From Clostridia bacterium (GTDB lineage: Bacteria; Bacillota; Clostridia; TANB77; CAG-508), in NCBI GenBank assembly GCA_045643205.1, contig JAZUKI010000005.1, positions 5,597-69,596 of the forward strand: a stretch of DNA of 64,000 bases. The letters run 5' to 3'. The notes beneath the pieces are model-generated. The model made no database searches. It saw only the letters and a list, made by a program, of their open reading frames with translations, and had not been told where the DNA came from. Positions 1 to 8,793 of the stretch are shown in pieces. The position numbers and the translations under genes are program-made. Within the stretch, counting starts at the first letter, position 1. The number at the start of each line of letters is the position of its first letter.

Positions 1-206
1 GCTACTGTACTTCTTGCATTGTCATATTCTTGTGTTGCACGAATACTTAATTCATATGCTCCTCTATGGATATTAGCATTATCATTTTTATAGTAATTAG
101 TTATAGCATCAATTACTTGAATTGGTTTTTGGGTTGTTGCACCACTATCTAGATAAGTAATATCTTTTAATATTGGAAAATCTTTTCTAATTTCGTAATT
201 AGTCAT
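1..206 (-). CDS. sufS: cysteine desulfurase SufS, N-terminal part only (gene runs off the left edge)
   Basis: Hand translation from ATG at 204-206 gives MTNYEIRKDFPILKDITYLDSGATTQKPIQVIDAITNYYKNDNANIHRGAYELSIRATQEYDNAR, a typical SufS N-terminus. It lies directly downstream of sufC-sufB-sufD. It is absent from the ORF track because it is truncated. Confidence 0.8.
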   Translation of the reverse strand, partial: MTNYEIRKDFPILKDITYLDSGATTQKPIQVIDAITNYYKNDNANIHRGAYELSIRATQEYDNARSTV

Positions 207-275
207 CTTATTCCTCTTTTTATTTCTATTTTTATTTTATTACTTCATTAATTGGTTTATTATTTTATTGTTTTA

Positions 276-1358
276 TTATTTTATTATTTCATCAACTGCT
301 TGATTAATTTTGTTTTGTAATTCTTCATCTTCAACAGAATTAATTATTTCATTAAAGCTAGCTCTTATTATTGTTTTCTTTGCTTCTTTTTCATCTAATC
401 CTCTAGTCATTAAGTAGAATAACTTCTTGTTATCTATCTTGCCTGATGATACACCATGTTCTCCAAAAACATCTTCTTCATGGCATAAAAGGATTGGTAA
501 TGATCTAGACTTTGCTTGTTTTGATAAAAGTATGCAATCTTCTTGTTCTTTTCCAATAGCTTTTACTGAATCTTTTTTAAAATCTATTGTTCCTTTAAAG
601 TTTTTCTTTGCTTTGTCTGTAATTGCTCCTTTAGAATCTATAGTTACTTTAGATTTTTTTCCGATTGTTTCAACATCAAAGTTTAAATCTATTATATCTT
701 CATTGTTTCCTAGGTAAATATTTCTTATTGTTTGTTCAGAATTATCTCCAATTAATTTTGTATAAATATTTGATATTTTATTTTTTCCTAATAAATCTAA
801 TGTTGTAGTGTATAGTTTTGCATTTTCTTGAAGATTATTTTCAATTGATATAAATGATTTTGCATCTTTACTAATATTGTTTTCTACAATTATTGTTGCA
901 ATTGCATTTTTTTCTAAGTTAGTTATAACTTTTAAATTTAGTAATGCATCTATGTTGTCTTTATTTTCTGTATTAGCTAAGTTATCTTTTGAATTACATC
1001 TAACTTTAATTTTTGTTTCTGCATTTTCTGCAACATTAATTACTAATTCACCAATATAAGTTTTGTTATCATTATCAAACAATATTTGTACTTCAATATC
1101 TTCTTTTGAATATGCTGGAATATCAATATTAGTTGAATAATATTTGTTTGATGGTAAACTAATTTTTGAAGTAAATTCACCTTCAATTATTTTTGTATCG
1201 CTTACTTTTGCTTTATCTAAATCATTTGCTTTATTAGTTAAAATCTTTAGTTCATTAAATTCTTTAAATTCAATATTTTCTAATTCAACTTTAATATTGT
1301 TAATTTCATAATTGTTTGTTGTTCTTACAGGAGTTTCATTTAATACGTATTCTTTCAT
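276..1358 (-). CDS. sufD: Fe-S cluster assembly protein SufD
   Basis: 360 aa with a SufBD-type C-terminus (LPILLCHEEDVFGEHGVSSGKIDNKKLFYLMTRGLDEKEAKKTII). Its ATG overlaps the sufB stop (TAATG). Confidence 0.85.
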   Translation of the reverse strand: MKEYVLNETPVRTTNNYEINNIKVELENIEFKEFNELKILTNKANDLDKAKVSDTKIIEGEFTSKISLPSNKYYSTNIDIPAYSKEDIEVQILFDNDNKTYIGELVINVAENAETKIKVRCNSKDNLANTENKDNIDALLNLKVITNLEKNAIATIIVENNISKDAKSFISIENNLQENAKLYTTTLDLLGKNKISNIYTKLIGDNSEQTIRNIYLGNNEDIIDLNFDVETIGKKSKVTIDSKGAITDKAKKNFKGTIDFKKDSVKAIGKEQEDCILLSKQAKSRSLPILLCHEEDVFGEHGVSSGKIDNKKLFYLMTRGLDEKEAKKTIIRASFNEIINSVEDEELQNKINQAVDEIIK

Positions 1359-2827
1359 TATCCGATACTCCCTTCTAATTCTAAATTAATTAAGTTGTTC
1401 ATCTCTACTGCATATTCTAATGGTAAAGCCTTAGATATTGGATTTGCAAAGCCTCTAACTATCATTGCTTTTGCATCTTTTTCACTAATTCCTCTACTCA
1501 TTAAATAAAATATTGCTTGATCAGATATTTTTCCAATTGTTGCTTCATGTGAATATTCAATATCATCTGTTTCAATAATATCGTTTGGAATAGTGTCTGA
1601 ACGTGATTCGCTATCAAGCATTAAACTCTCACATGAAACTGTTAATTTAGAATTTATTGCTGTTGGTTTTACATGAACATTACTTCTAAAAGTACAAATT
1701 CCACCATCTTTTGAAATTGATTTTGCATCGACTATTGATGATGTATTTTTACCAAGTTGTACAATTTTCATACCTGTATCTAAATTTTGTCCACGTCCTG
1801 CAAATGATATACCAGTATATTCACATGTACTTCCATCACCTTGTAAAATGCTCATTGGATAAAGCATTGAAATTTTTGATCCGAATGAACCAGTAACCCA
1901 TTCAATTTTTCCATTTTTTCCAACTATGACTCTTTTTGAATTTAAGTTCATCATATTTTTTGACCAGTTTTCAATTGTTGAATATCTTAATGATGCATTA
2001 TCTTTTACAAATAGTTCTACACATCCTGCATGTAAATTTATTTCATTATATTTTGGTGCTGAACAACCTTCTATAAAATGAAGGGTTGCGCCTTCTTCAA
2101 CTATAATTAATGTATGTTCAAATTGTCCTGCACCTGGAGCATTTAGTCTAAAGTATGATTGAATTGGAATTGATAAATTAACTCCTTTTGGAACATACAC
2201 AAATGAGCCACCTGACCATACTGCATAATGTAGCGCTGCAAATTTATGATCAGTCATTGGAATACATTTCATGAAATATTGTTTTACTAAATCAGGGTAT
2301 AATTTTACTGCTTGATCAAAGTCTGTATAGATGACACCTTGTTTTACTAAATCTTCTTTAATACTGTGATATACTATTTCGCTATCATATTGTGCTCCAA
2401 CTCCTGCTAATGCTTCTTTTTCAGCTTCTGGTATTCCTAAAGCATCAAATGTTGATTTTATTTCATCTGGAACATCATCCCATGTTTTACTATTTAATTT
2501 TGATTGAGGTCTAACGTATGTTGCAATTTTACTCATGTCTAATTCTGATAAATCTGGTCCCCAGTTTGGCATTGGTAATTTTTCATACATTTCTAATGCT
2601 TTTAATCTAATATTAAGCATCCATTCTGGTTCTTGTTTCTTTTCTGAAATTTCTCTAATTATATCTTCAGTTAGGCCTATTGTTTTATAACTATATTTGT
2701 CTTCATTTTTTAAATTATAAATATTTTCAACTGTTTCATCTTTGAATTTATTTACATTAGTCTTATTTACATTAGCTCTATCTAACTCAGTTTTATTAAC
2801 ATCATTTTGATTTACATCAATTTTCAA
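1358..2827 (-). CDS. sufB: Fe-S cluster assembly protein SufB
   Basis: 489 aa with strong SufB motifs (FEHTLIIVEEGATLHFIEGCSAP, HEATIGKISDQAIFYLMSRGISEKDAKAMIVRGF). The start is TTG at 2825-2827, preceded by GAAAGGAAA. The N-terminus is Asn/Lys-rich with NVNKT repeats. Confidence 0.95.
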   Translation of the reverse strand: MKIDVNQNDVNKTELDRANVNKTNVNKFKDETVENIYNLKNEDKYSYKTIGLTEDIIREISEKKQEPEWMLNIRLKALEMYEKLPMPNWGPDLSELDMSKIATYVRPQSKLNSKTWDDVPDEIKSTFDALGIPEAEKEALAGVGAQYDSEIVYHSIKEDLVKQGVIYTDFDQAVKLYPDLVKQYFMKCIPMTDHKFAALHYAVWSGGSFVYVPKGVNLSIPIQSYFRLNAPGAGQFEHTLIIVEEGATLHFIEGCSAPKYNEINLHAGCVELFVKDNASLRYSTIENWSKNMMNLNSKRVIVGKNGKIEWVTGSFGSKISMLYPMSILQGDGSTCEYTGISFAGRGQNLDTGMKIVQLGKNTSSIVDAKSISKDGGICTFRSNVHVKPTAINSKLTVSCESLMLDSESRSDTIPNDIIETDDIEYSHEATIGKISDQAIFYLMSRGISEKDAKAMIVRGFANPISKALPLEYAVEMNNLINLELEGSIG

Positions 2828-2845
2828 AACAATTTTCCTTTCTGA

Positions 2846-3580
2846 TTATTTGATATAATCTGCAAATCCATTTTTATCTATTTCTTCAGCTAAACTACTA
2901 TCTCCAGTTTTAACAATTTCTCCATTTACTAATATATGTACATAATCAACCTTTAAATCTGCAATTAATTTAAGTGAGTGTGTTATTAATAAAATTGCAT
3001 TGTCTTCATTCTTGAACATGTTAATTCCTTTTGAAACAATTTTTATTGCGTCAACATCAAGTCCTGAATCAGTTTCGTCAAGAATTGCAAGTTTTGGATT
3101 AAGTGTTAACATTTGAAGAATTTCATTTTTCTTTTTTTCTCCACCAGAGTATCCTACGTTTAAATCTCTGTTTGCATATGTTGGATTTATATCTAATTCA
3201 TTCATATTTTTTTCAATTTCTTTTTTAAATTCAAATAATCTAACAGGTTGACCAGTTATTGAATTTTTAGCAGTTTTTAAAAAGTTAGTTACATTAATAC
3301 CTGGAACTTCTTCAGGGTTTTGGAATGACATAAATATGCCTTTCTTTGCAACTTCATCAGTTTTACAATTAGTTACATTTTCTCCATCAAAAATAATTTC
3401 TCCACTTTCAATATTATACTCAGGATTATGCATAATAACATTTGCAAGAGTTGACTTACCAGCACCATTTGGGCCCATTATTACATGGACTTCACCTTTG
3501 TTTATTTTTAAATTTAATCCTTTTAATATATCTTTTTCGCCAACTTTTGCATGTAATTCATTTATATTTAATAATTCCAT
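2846..3580 (-). CDS. sufC: Fe-S cluster assembly ATPase SufC
   Basis: 244 aa ABC ATPase with Walker A GPNGAGKST, signature YSGGEKKK and Walker B LAILDETDSGLD. Confidence 0.95.
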   Translation of the reverse strand: MELLNINELHAKVGEKDILKGLNLKINKGEVHVIMGPNGAGKSTLANVIMHNPEYNIESGEIIFDGENVTNCKTDEVAKKGIFMSFQNPEEVPGINVTNFLKTAKNSITGQPVRLFEFKKEIEKNMNELDINPTYANRDLNVGYSGGEKKKNEILQMLTLNPKLAILDETDSGLDVDAIKIVSKGINMFKNEDNAILLITHSLKLIADLKVDYVHILVNGEIVKTGDSSLAEEIDKNGFADYIK

Positions 3581-3737
3581 AAAACTGCCTTTCTATTTAT
3601 ATATTTTAATTGCTTTTTTCTTATAGTTTTGTTATCTTTTATTTGCAAATTTAGTTTTTCTATTTTATAGTAAACTAACCTTTTTTATAATAAATTAACT
3701 ATTTTTTATGATTTGTTAGAGTAATCTAACATTTTAA

Positions 3738-3767
3738 ATTTTATCACTATTTACGGCTCTTTGTCAA
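3738..3767 (-). promoter_or_regulatory. candidate sigma-A promoter of the suf operon
   Basis: The minus strand reads TTGACA, an 18-nt spacer, then TG-a-TAAAAT (extended -10). It lies about 150 nt upstream of the sufC ATG. Confidence 0.45.
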
Positions 3768-3808
3768 ACTATTTTTCTAATAATATCTAGTAATTTTTAA
3801 TAAAAAAC

Positions 3809-3837
3809 TAGACATTAATTTTATCTTGTGTTAATAT
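3809..3837 (+). promoter_or_regulatory. candidate promoter for tRNA-Leu
   Basis: TAGACA, 17 nt, TAATAT on the plus strand, ending about 25 nt before the tRNA 5' end. Confidence 0.35.
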
Positions 3838-3862
3838 CTAAAAGTGCAAATAATTGATATTT

Positions 3863-3949
3863 GCCGCTGTGTTGGAATTGGTAGACGAGACGGACTCAAA
3901 ATCCGTTGCCAGTAATGACGTGTGGGTTCAAGTCCCACCAGCGGCACCA
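3863..3949 (+). tRNA. tRNA-Leu (anticodon CAA), class II with long variable arm and encoded CCA
   Basis: Acceptor stem GCCGCTG/CAGCGGC. Anticodon arm ACGGA-CTCAAAA-TCCGT. T arm GTGGG-TTCAAGT-CCCAC. Discriminator A followed by CCA. Total length 87 nt. Confidence 0.93.
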
Positions 3950-3967
3950 ATTAATTTTAAAGCAAAA

Positions 3968-4002
3968 AGAAAGTAGACTTTTAAGTCTACTTTCTTTTTT
4001 TT
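3968..4002. terminator. bidirectional rho-independent terminator (tRNA-Leu on plus, membrane-protein gene on minus)
   Basis: Perfect palindrome AGAAAGTAGACTT-tt-AAGTCTACTTTCT, flanked by an A-run on the 5' side and a T-run on the 3' side. Confidence 0.8.
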
Positions 4003-4038
4003 ATTTTAATATTTAAATTCTATTTTTTTAATTTAAAA

Positions 4039-5127
4039 TTATTCACCTTTAACATATGCTTCTGTTCCCTTAGCTGCTTTTGCTTGAATTAAGTAATCTG
4101 AGCATCCTTTAGGTAATTGGAATACATATTTTCCGTTGTAAATTGTTGTTTTGATTGATGAAGTACTTACTATGCTTGATCCTGTTAAGATATATGTTTT
4201 TCCAGCATATTGTAATGTTTTTCCATCTAATCCTCTAATAGCTAATGATAATCCACTAATTGTTTTTGTTCCATTAGTTGATTCTTTTAAAACTGATGTG
4301 TCAACACTATAGTCAACAACAATCCATTCGCATCCATCTTGTAATTTAGATGCCATTTTTCTTCCTGATTCTTCAATTATTTTTTCTGCATCTGCTCCTC
4401 TAGCAATTGAGTTAACTCTGAATGGTGTGTCAACATATTCTCCATCGCTGTAAGAAGCTGCTACTGTCCATTCTCCCATATTTGCAGGTGATGCAACTGA
4501 TGAAGATTTTGTTTCTACTGATGCAGTAGGTGTTGGTTTTTGTTCAATTGTGTTGTTTGATCCACCTATAGCATTTGCTATTTCGTTTCCAATTCCACCT
4601 ATTTCATTTCCAACTGCATTTAATACGTTTCCTACGCTATTAAATATAGATGTCCATGATGAATTTTTGTTTGATGTATTTGTTATTGGATCAACTATTT
4701 TTGCTCCAAACCAACCTAAAGCTCCATATATAGTATTTAAGAATATGAAAACCATAATTGTTGGGATAATTGCAATAACTGATAATACGATACTAGCAAT
4801 AGCTTTTCCATCACCATGTTTTTTTGTTAATCCTATGATTGCAAATATAATTGCTAATACGATAAATGTAACATTTACATATGGTATCCAGCAACATAAT
4901 AATGCTAAAATACCTAATACTAATGCAGCAACACAAAATCCGTTACCTGGTACTCCATTTGTTGGAGCTGTTTGTTGATAACTAGGTTGTTGATATTCTT
5001 GTTGTTGATATGGTGGTTGTGGTACTTGATATTGTTGATATTGTCCTTGTGCTGGTTGTTCTTGTACTGGTTGAACTGGTTCCATTGGTTGCATTGGATC
5101 CATTTGATTTTGATTATTTTCGTCCAT
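4039..5127 (-). CDS. membrane protein with Pro/Gln-rich N-terminus, DUF4190-like TM region and extracytoplasmic C-terminal domain
   Basis: 362 aa. The N-terminal 55 aa are rich in Q, P and Y. TM helices include GFCVAALVLGILALLCCWIPY and FIVLAIIFAIIGL. The C-terminus is beta-rich and no catalytic motif was recognised. Confidence 0.6.
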   Translation of the reverse strand: MDENNQNQMDPMQPMEPVQPVQEQPAQGQYQQYQVPQPPYQQQEYQQPSYQQTAPTNGVPGNGFCVAALVLGILALLCCWIPYVNVTFIVLAIIFAIIGLTKKHGDGKAIASIVLSVIAIIPTIMVFIFLNTIYGALGWFGAKIVDPITNTSNKNSSWTSIFNSVGNVLNAVGNEIGGIGNEIANAIGGSNNTIEQKPTPTASVETKSSSVASPANMGEWTVAASYSDGEYVDTPFRVNSIARGADAEKIIEESGRKMASKLQDGCEWIVVDYSVDTSVLKESTNGTKTISGLSLAIRGLDGKTLQYAGKTYILTGSSIVSTSSIKTTIYNGKYVFQLPKGCSDYLIQAKAAKGTEAYVKGE

Positions 5128-5189
5128 TAATTTTTCTCCTTTAATTTATTTATTTTTAGAATTTAAAATTCATTTAAATTACATCAAAT

Positions 5190-5218
5190 ATTATAACAAT
5201 AGTTTTTTTGTAATACAA
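5190..5218 (-). promoter_or_regulatory. candidate sigma-A promoter for the 362-aa membrane protein gene
   Basis: The minus strand reads TTGTAT, 17 nt, TATAAT, with TG at the extended -10 position. Confidence 0.45.
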
Positions 5219-5280
5219 TAAAAATACAAAAAAAATGTAAGTTTTATTTTTATCAATCCCTTATTTCATATGGTTTATAT

Positions 5281-5325
5281 TAAAAATAAAAAAAGATAGT
5301 TTAACTTTAAAAGTTAAACTATCTT
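5281..5325 (-). terminator. rho-independent terminator after rny
   Basis: Stem AAGATAGTTTAACTT/AAGTTAAACTATCTT, followed on the minus strand by a T-run. Confidence 0.8.
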
Positions 5326-5331
5326 TAAATT

Positions 5332-6924
5332 TTATTTTGCGTAATCAATTACACGTTTTTCCCTAACTATATTAACTTTAATTTGTCCTGGATAATCCAT
5401 TTCATTTTCAATCTTTTCTGCAATTTGTCTAGCCATAATTGTCATTTGATCATCGTTAATTTTTTCAGGTTTAACAATAATTCTTACTTCACGACCTGCT
5501 TGGATAGCAAAAGATTTTTCAACTCCATCAAATGAGTTTGCAATTGTTTCTAATGATTCCAATCTCTTAATGTATGCTTCTAATGTTTCTCTTCTAGCAC
5601 CAGGTCTTGATGCTGAGATTGCATCAGCTGCCATTACTAAGTATGCTTCTGGACATTCAGCAGGTACATCTCCGTGATGTGCTTCAACACAATTAATGAT
5701 TTTATCATTTTCTTTGCATTTCTTTAAAACATCAACACCAATTTGTACGTGTGTTCCTTCCATATCATGGTCTAAAGCTTTTCCTATATCATGTAATAAA
5801 CCAGCTCTAGCTGTAAGTTTTGAATCTAGCCCTAATTCATCTGCCATTATTCTAGAAAGATGTGAAACTTCGATAGAGTGCATTAAAACATTTTGTCCAT
5901 AACTTGTTCTGAATTTTAATTTACCAAGTAAGTTAATTAAATCAGCATTTAATTTCATTACGCCAGTTTCCATTGATGCTCTTTCGCCTTCATCTTTAAT
6001 ATCTTTAGCAAGTTGTTCTTTGGCTTTTTCAACCATTTCTTCAATCTTTGCTGGATGAATTCTTCCATCATCAATTAATTTTTCAAGTGCAATTCTAGCA
6101 ACTTCTCTTCTTAATGGATCAAATCCAGAAATAACAATTGTTTCTGGAGTATCATCAATAATGAATTCTACGCCTGTTAGAGATTCTAATGTTTTGATGT
6201 TACGTCCTTCTCTACCAATTATTCTTCCTTTCATTTCATCATTTGGAAGTGTAACAATTGAAATTGTTGATTCAGCTGTGTGATCAGCTGCACATTTTTG
6301 AATAGCGTAAGTGATAACTTCTTTAGCTTTATCATCTGCTGTATCATTAATTTCATTTTCCATTGCTCTAATTCTTTCAGCTTTTTCTGCAACTAACTTT
6401 TCATCAACGATTGCAAGTAATTCTTGTTTTGCTTCTTCTTGTGATAATCTTGCAATTTTTTCTAATTGATCTAATTCGCTGTCTTTCATTTTTTGAATTT
6501 CAGCTTTAGTTTCTTCGATCATAGCTTCTTGAGATTCAATTTGCTTTAATTTCTTTTCGATTTCACTTTCTTTTTGGTCTAATACTTCTTCTTTTTTGAT
6601 CAACCTTTTTTCTTGTTGTTGAACATCGCTTCTTCTTTCTCTAATCTCTTTCTCTAAATCGTTTCTACTATTGATAATTTCTTCCTTTGCTTTAACGATT
6701 TCTTCTTTACGAATATTTTCTGCTTCTTTTTTAACTGCTTCTGCTTCTTTGTTAGCATTTTCAATTATTCTTTTTGATTCTTCTTCAGCTCCTTTTATCT
6801 TAGATTCTGCTGTTTTCTTTCTTATTAAATAACCTATAACTAAGAATACTACTGCTGTTATAAGAAAAATAGCGATGTAAATAATAATGTTATTTTGTGG
6901 TTGTGGTTGTAATTGTTGTTCCAT
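5332..6924 (-). CDS. rny: ribonuclease Y
   Basis: N-terminal TM anchor, coiled coil, KH domain ([19 protein letters not shown]) and HD domain ([15 protein letters not shown]). The start was set to ATG 6922-6924 (MEQQLQ), which has an AGAGGTG SD. The ORF-track start at 6963 has none. Confidence 0.93.
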   Translation of the reverse strand: MEQQLQPQPQNNIIIYIAIFLITAVVFLVIGYLIRKKTAESKIKGAEEESKRIIENANKEAEAVKKEAENIRKEEIVKAKEEIINSRNDLEKEIRERRSDVQQQEKRLIKKEEVLDQKESEIEKKLKQIESQEAMIEETKAEIQKMKDSELDQLEKIARLSQEEAKQELLAIVDEKLVAEKAERIRAMENEINDTADDKAKEVITYAIQKCAADHTAESTISIVTLPNDEMKGRIIGREGRNIKTLESLTGVEFIIDDTPETIVISGFDPLRREVARIALEKLIDDGRIHPAKIEEMVEKAKEQLAKDIKDEGERASMETGVMKLNADLINLLGKLKFRTSYGQNVLMHSIEVSHLSRIMADELGLDSKLTARAGLLHDIGKALDHDMEGTHVQIGVDVLKKCKENDKIINCVEAHHGDVPAECPEAYLVMAADAISASRPGARRETLEAYIKRLESLETIANSFDGVEKSFAIQAGREVRIIVKPEKINDDQMTIMARQIAEKIENEMDYPGQIKVNIVREKRVIDYAK

Positions 6925-7027
6925 AATTTTTACACCTCTTTCTATAAAATTTTCAATGTACAATATATATAAATATAATTGTTTATTGTAATAATAATTG
7001 TTATAAATATATAAATTTACAAATAGT

Positions 7028-7056
7028 ATTGTATAATTTTTAATGTCTTATGTCAA
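7028..7056 (-). promoter_or_regulatory. candidate sigma-A promoter of rny
   Basis: The minus strand reads TTGACA, 17 nt, TACAAT. Confidence 0.55.
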
Positions 7057-7077
7057 GAATAAAATTTCATTATAATC

Positions 7078-7117
7078 AATAAAATAAGAGCTTTGAATCG
7101 TTTTCAAAGCTCTTATT
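7078..7117 (-). terminator. rho-independent terminator after the GH13 gene
   Basis: 15-bp stem AATAAGAGCTTTGAA/TTCAAAGCTCTTATT with a 5-nt loop, followed by TTTTATT on the minus strand. Confidence 0.75.
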
Positions 7118-7187
7118 TATTAATCTTTCTTATATCAATATCTAAGCTTTTATATAATCAGCATCTAAACTTTTATATAAACAATAC

Positions 7188-8693
7188 TTAATCTTTTCGC
7201 ATAATCAATATGCCATATGGTGTTAAATAGTCTCGTGTTGAATTTTCTGTTGCAAAATCAATTCTGCAATTTCTTAAATCTTCATCAAAATATTCTTTTA
7301 AATCAATTTCTTTGCCTCTTGATGATCTATTTACTGCAATGTATAAATGTTTTCCTTCATCATTAAATCTATCAAGTATAAGAATGTTTTTATCGCATCT
7401 TATTATTTTTATTTTGCCAGTGGCTAATATGTCTTTATTAGCTTTTCTAAATGTTCCTAATCTGCTAACAAATTCTGTCATGTCTTTATTTTCTTTCTTC
7501 CAATTATATGGTTTTCTATTAAATGGATCTTTGTATCCTGTTTCTCCAATTTCTGTGCCATACATTACACATGGAATTCCTGGAAGACAATACATTATAG
7601 TTAGTGCTATTTTGGCTAACATTTCACCTATCATATAATGAATTCTATCAATTTCACTATTGTTTGCTTCAAATTCTCTAAATGCATATGTATCGAAATT
7701 TTCGCCATGACGCCAATAATCTTCAATATCCCAAATGCAATTTTTAGAAACATTTTCATTCATCTTCTCACCAGCTAACATTGTTATAGTTCTTGGTGTG
7801 TCGTGTGTTCCTACATTGTTTAGTAAAACATTCTTTACATCTTCAGGATATTCATCGTTTATTCTATTAAATATGTTATTGAAATGTTCTGTGTTTCCCC
7901 ATCTAGTCCATCTCAATATTGAATCAGCCATTGGATAATTCATTACTGAATCAAGTTCGCCATTAAATATTTTAGCATTATCCCCCTTATCAGTGGCTAA
8001 TCCCCACATTTCTCCAATACAAAGAGCTTGTGGATGCTTCTTTTTTATTTTTTGTAAATTTAGTAAAAATTCTTTTGATAGGTTTTCACCTAAATCTAAT
8101 CTAATTCCATCAGCTCCGTAATCTAAATAGCTTTCAGTTACTGCTAACATTATATCTTGATAATCTTTGTTTTGTGTATCAACTTCAGCCATATCTAAGA
8201 AGTTCCACCAAAAAATTTGTTTTCCTTCTTCGTCTTTTTTATACCAAGATGCATATCGAGAATCATTATAGTACTTGCTCTTTGTGCTTGTATGATTAAA
8301 AACTAAATCTACCATAATGAGTATATCTAACTCATGAGCTTTTTTACATAACTCTGAAAAGTCATCCCAATCGCCAATCCAAGGATCTATAGTAGATTGG
8401 TCGCCTACATCATAATGATGGTAAGTACTACTTAATTCTATTGGTGTAATATAAATCATGTCAAAACCTAATAACTTAATATATTCAAGTTTTGCCATTA
8501 TTCCTTTTAAGTTACCACCATAGAAATAATTATTTTCATATATTCCATATTCATTAGGTTGCCAATTTGGTTCGCTATCATTCCATTTTTTTAGAATTCT
8601 GCTTTCCATTAGTTTTGGCTTTGCACCTTTTCTATAGAATCTATCTGGAATAATTTGATATGCAGTTCGTCCAATCCACTTCTCAAATTTCAT
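7188..8693 (-). CDS. cytoplasmic GH13 alpha-amylase-family glycosidase (neopullulanase or alpha-glucosidase-like)
   Basis: 501 aa with GH13 conserved regions DLVFNHTS, GIRLDLGENL, IGEMWG and NNVGTHDTPR. No signal peptide. Confidence 0.85.
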   Translation of the reverse strand: MKFEKWIGRTAYQIIPDRFYRKGAKPKLMESRILKKWNDSEPNWQPNEYGIYENNYFYGGNLKGIMAKLEYIKLLGFDMIYITPIELSSTYHHYDVGDQSTIDPWIGDWDDFSELCKKAHELDILIMVDLVFNHTSTKSKYYNDSRYASWYKKDEEGKQIFWWNFLDMAEVDTQNKDYQDIMLAVTESYLDYGADGIRLDLGENLSKEFLLNLQKIKKKHPQALCIGEMWGLATDKGDNAKIFNGELDSVMNYPMADSILRWTRWGNTEHFNNIFNRINDEYPEDVKNVLLNNVGTHDTPRTITMLAGEKMNENVSKNCIWDIEDYWRHGENFDTYAFREFEANNSEIDRIHYMIGEMLAKIALTIMYCLPGIPCVMYGTEIGETGYKDPFNRKPYNWKKENKDMTEFVSRLGTFRKANKDILATGKIKIIRCDKNILILDRFNDEGKHLYIAVNRSSRGKEIDLKEYFDEDLRNCRIDFATENSTRDYLTPYGILIMRKD

Positions 8694-8713
8694 CTTTTGT
8701 ATCCCTTCATTTT

Positions 8714-8793
8714 ATTATTCATTCTGCTCATTATTTATTCTGCTTATTGTTCATTTTATTTATTATTTATTTCGCTTATTTTTTATTCTGCTA
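8714..8793. repeat. five tandem degenerate 16-bp repeats in the thrS-amylase spacer
   Basis: Units are attattcattctgctc, attatttattctgctt, attgttcattttattt, attatttatttcgctt and attttttattctgcta. The last unit overlaps the thrS stop codon. Confidence 0.7.

Noticed and set aside
6925-6963. N-terminal extensions suggested by the ORF track for rny, thrS (10727-10765), DUF3048 (13594-13617), PPIase (22018-22029), ftsK (35153-35182), rpsM (38585-38641), adk (40885-40923), rplX, rpmC, the wall hydrolase (62075-62146) and the AbrB-like gene (62615-62674).
   Set aside because: The internal start codons are preceded by clear SD sequences and give N-termini matching the conserved families. The extensions overlap terminators, promoters or the SD itself.
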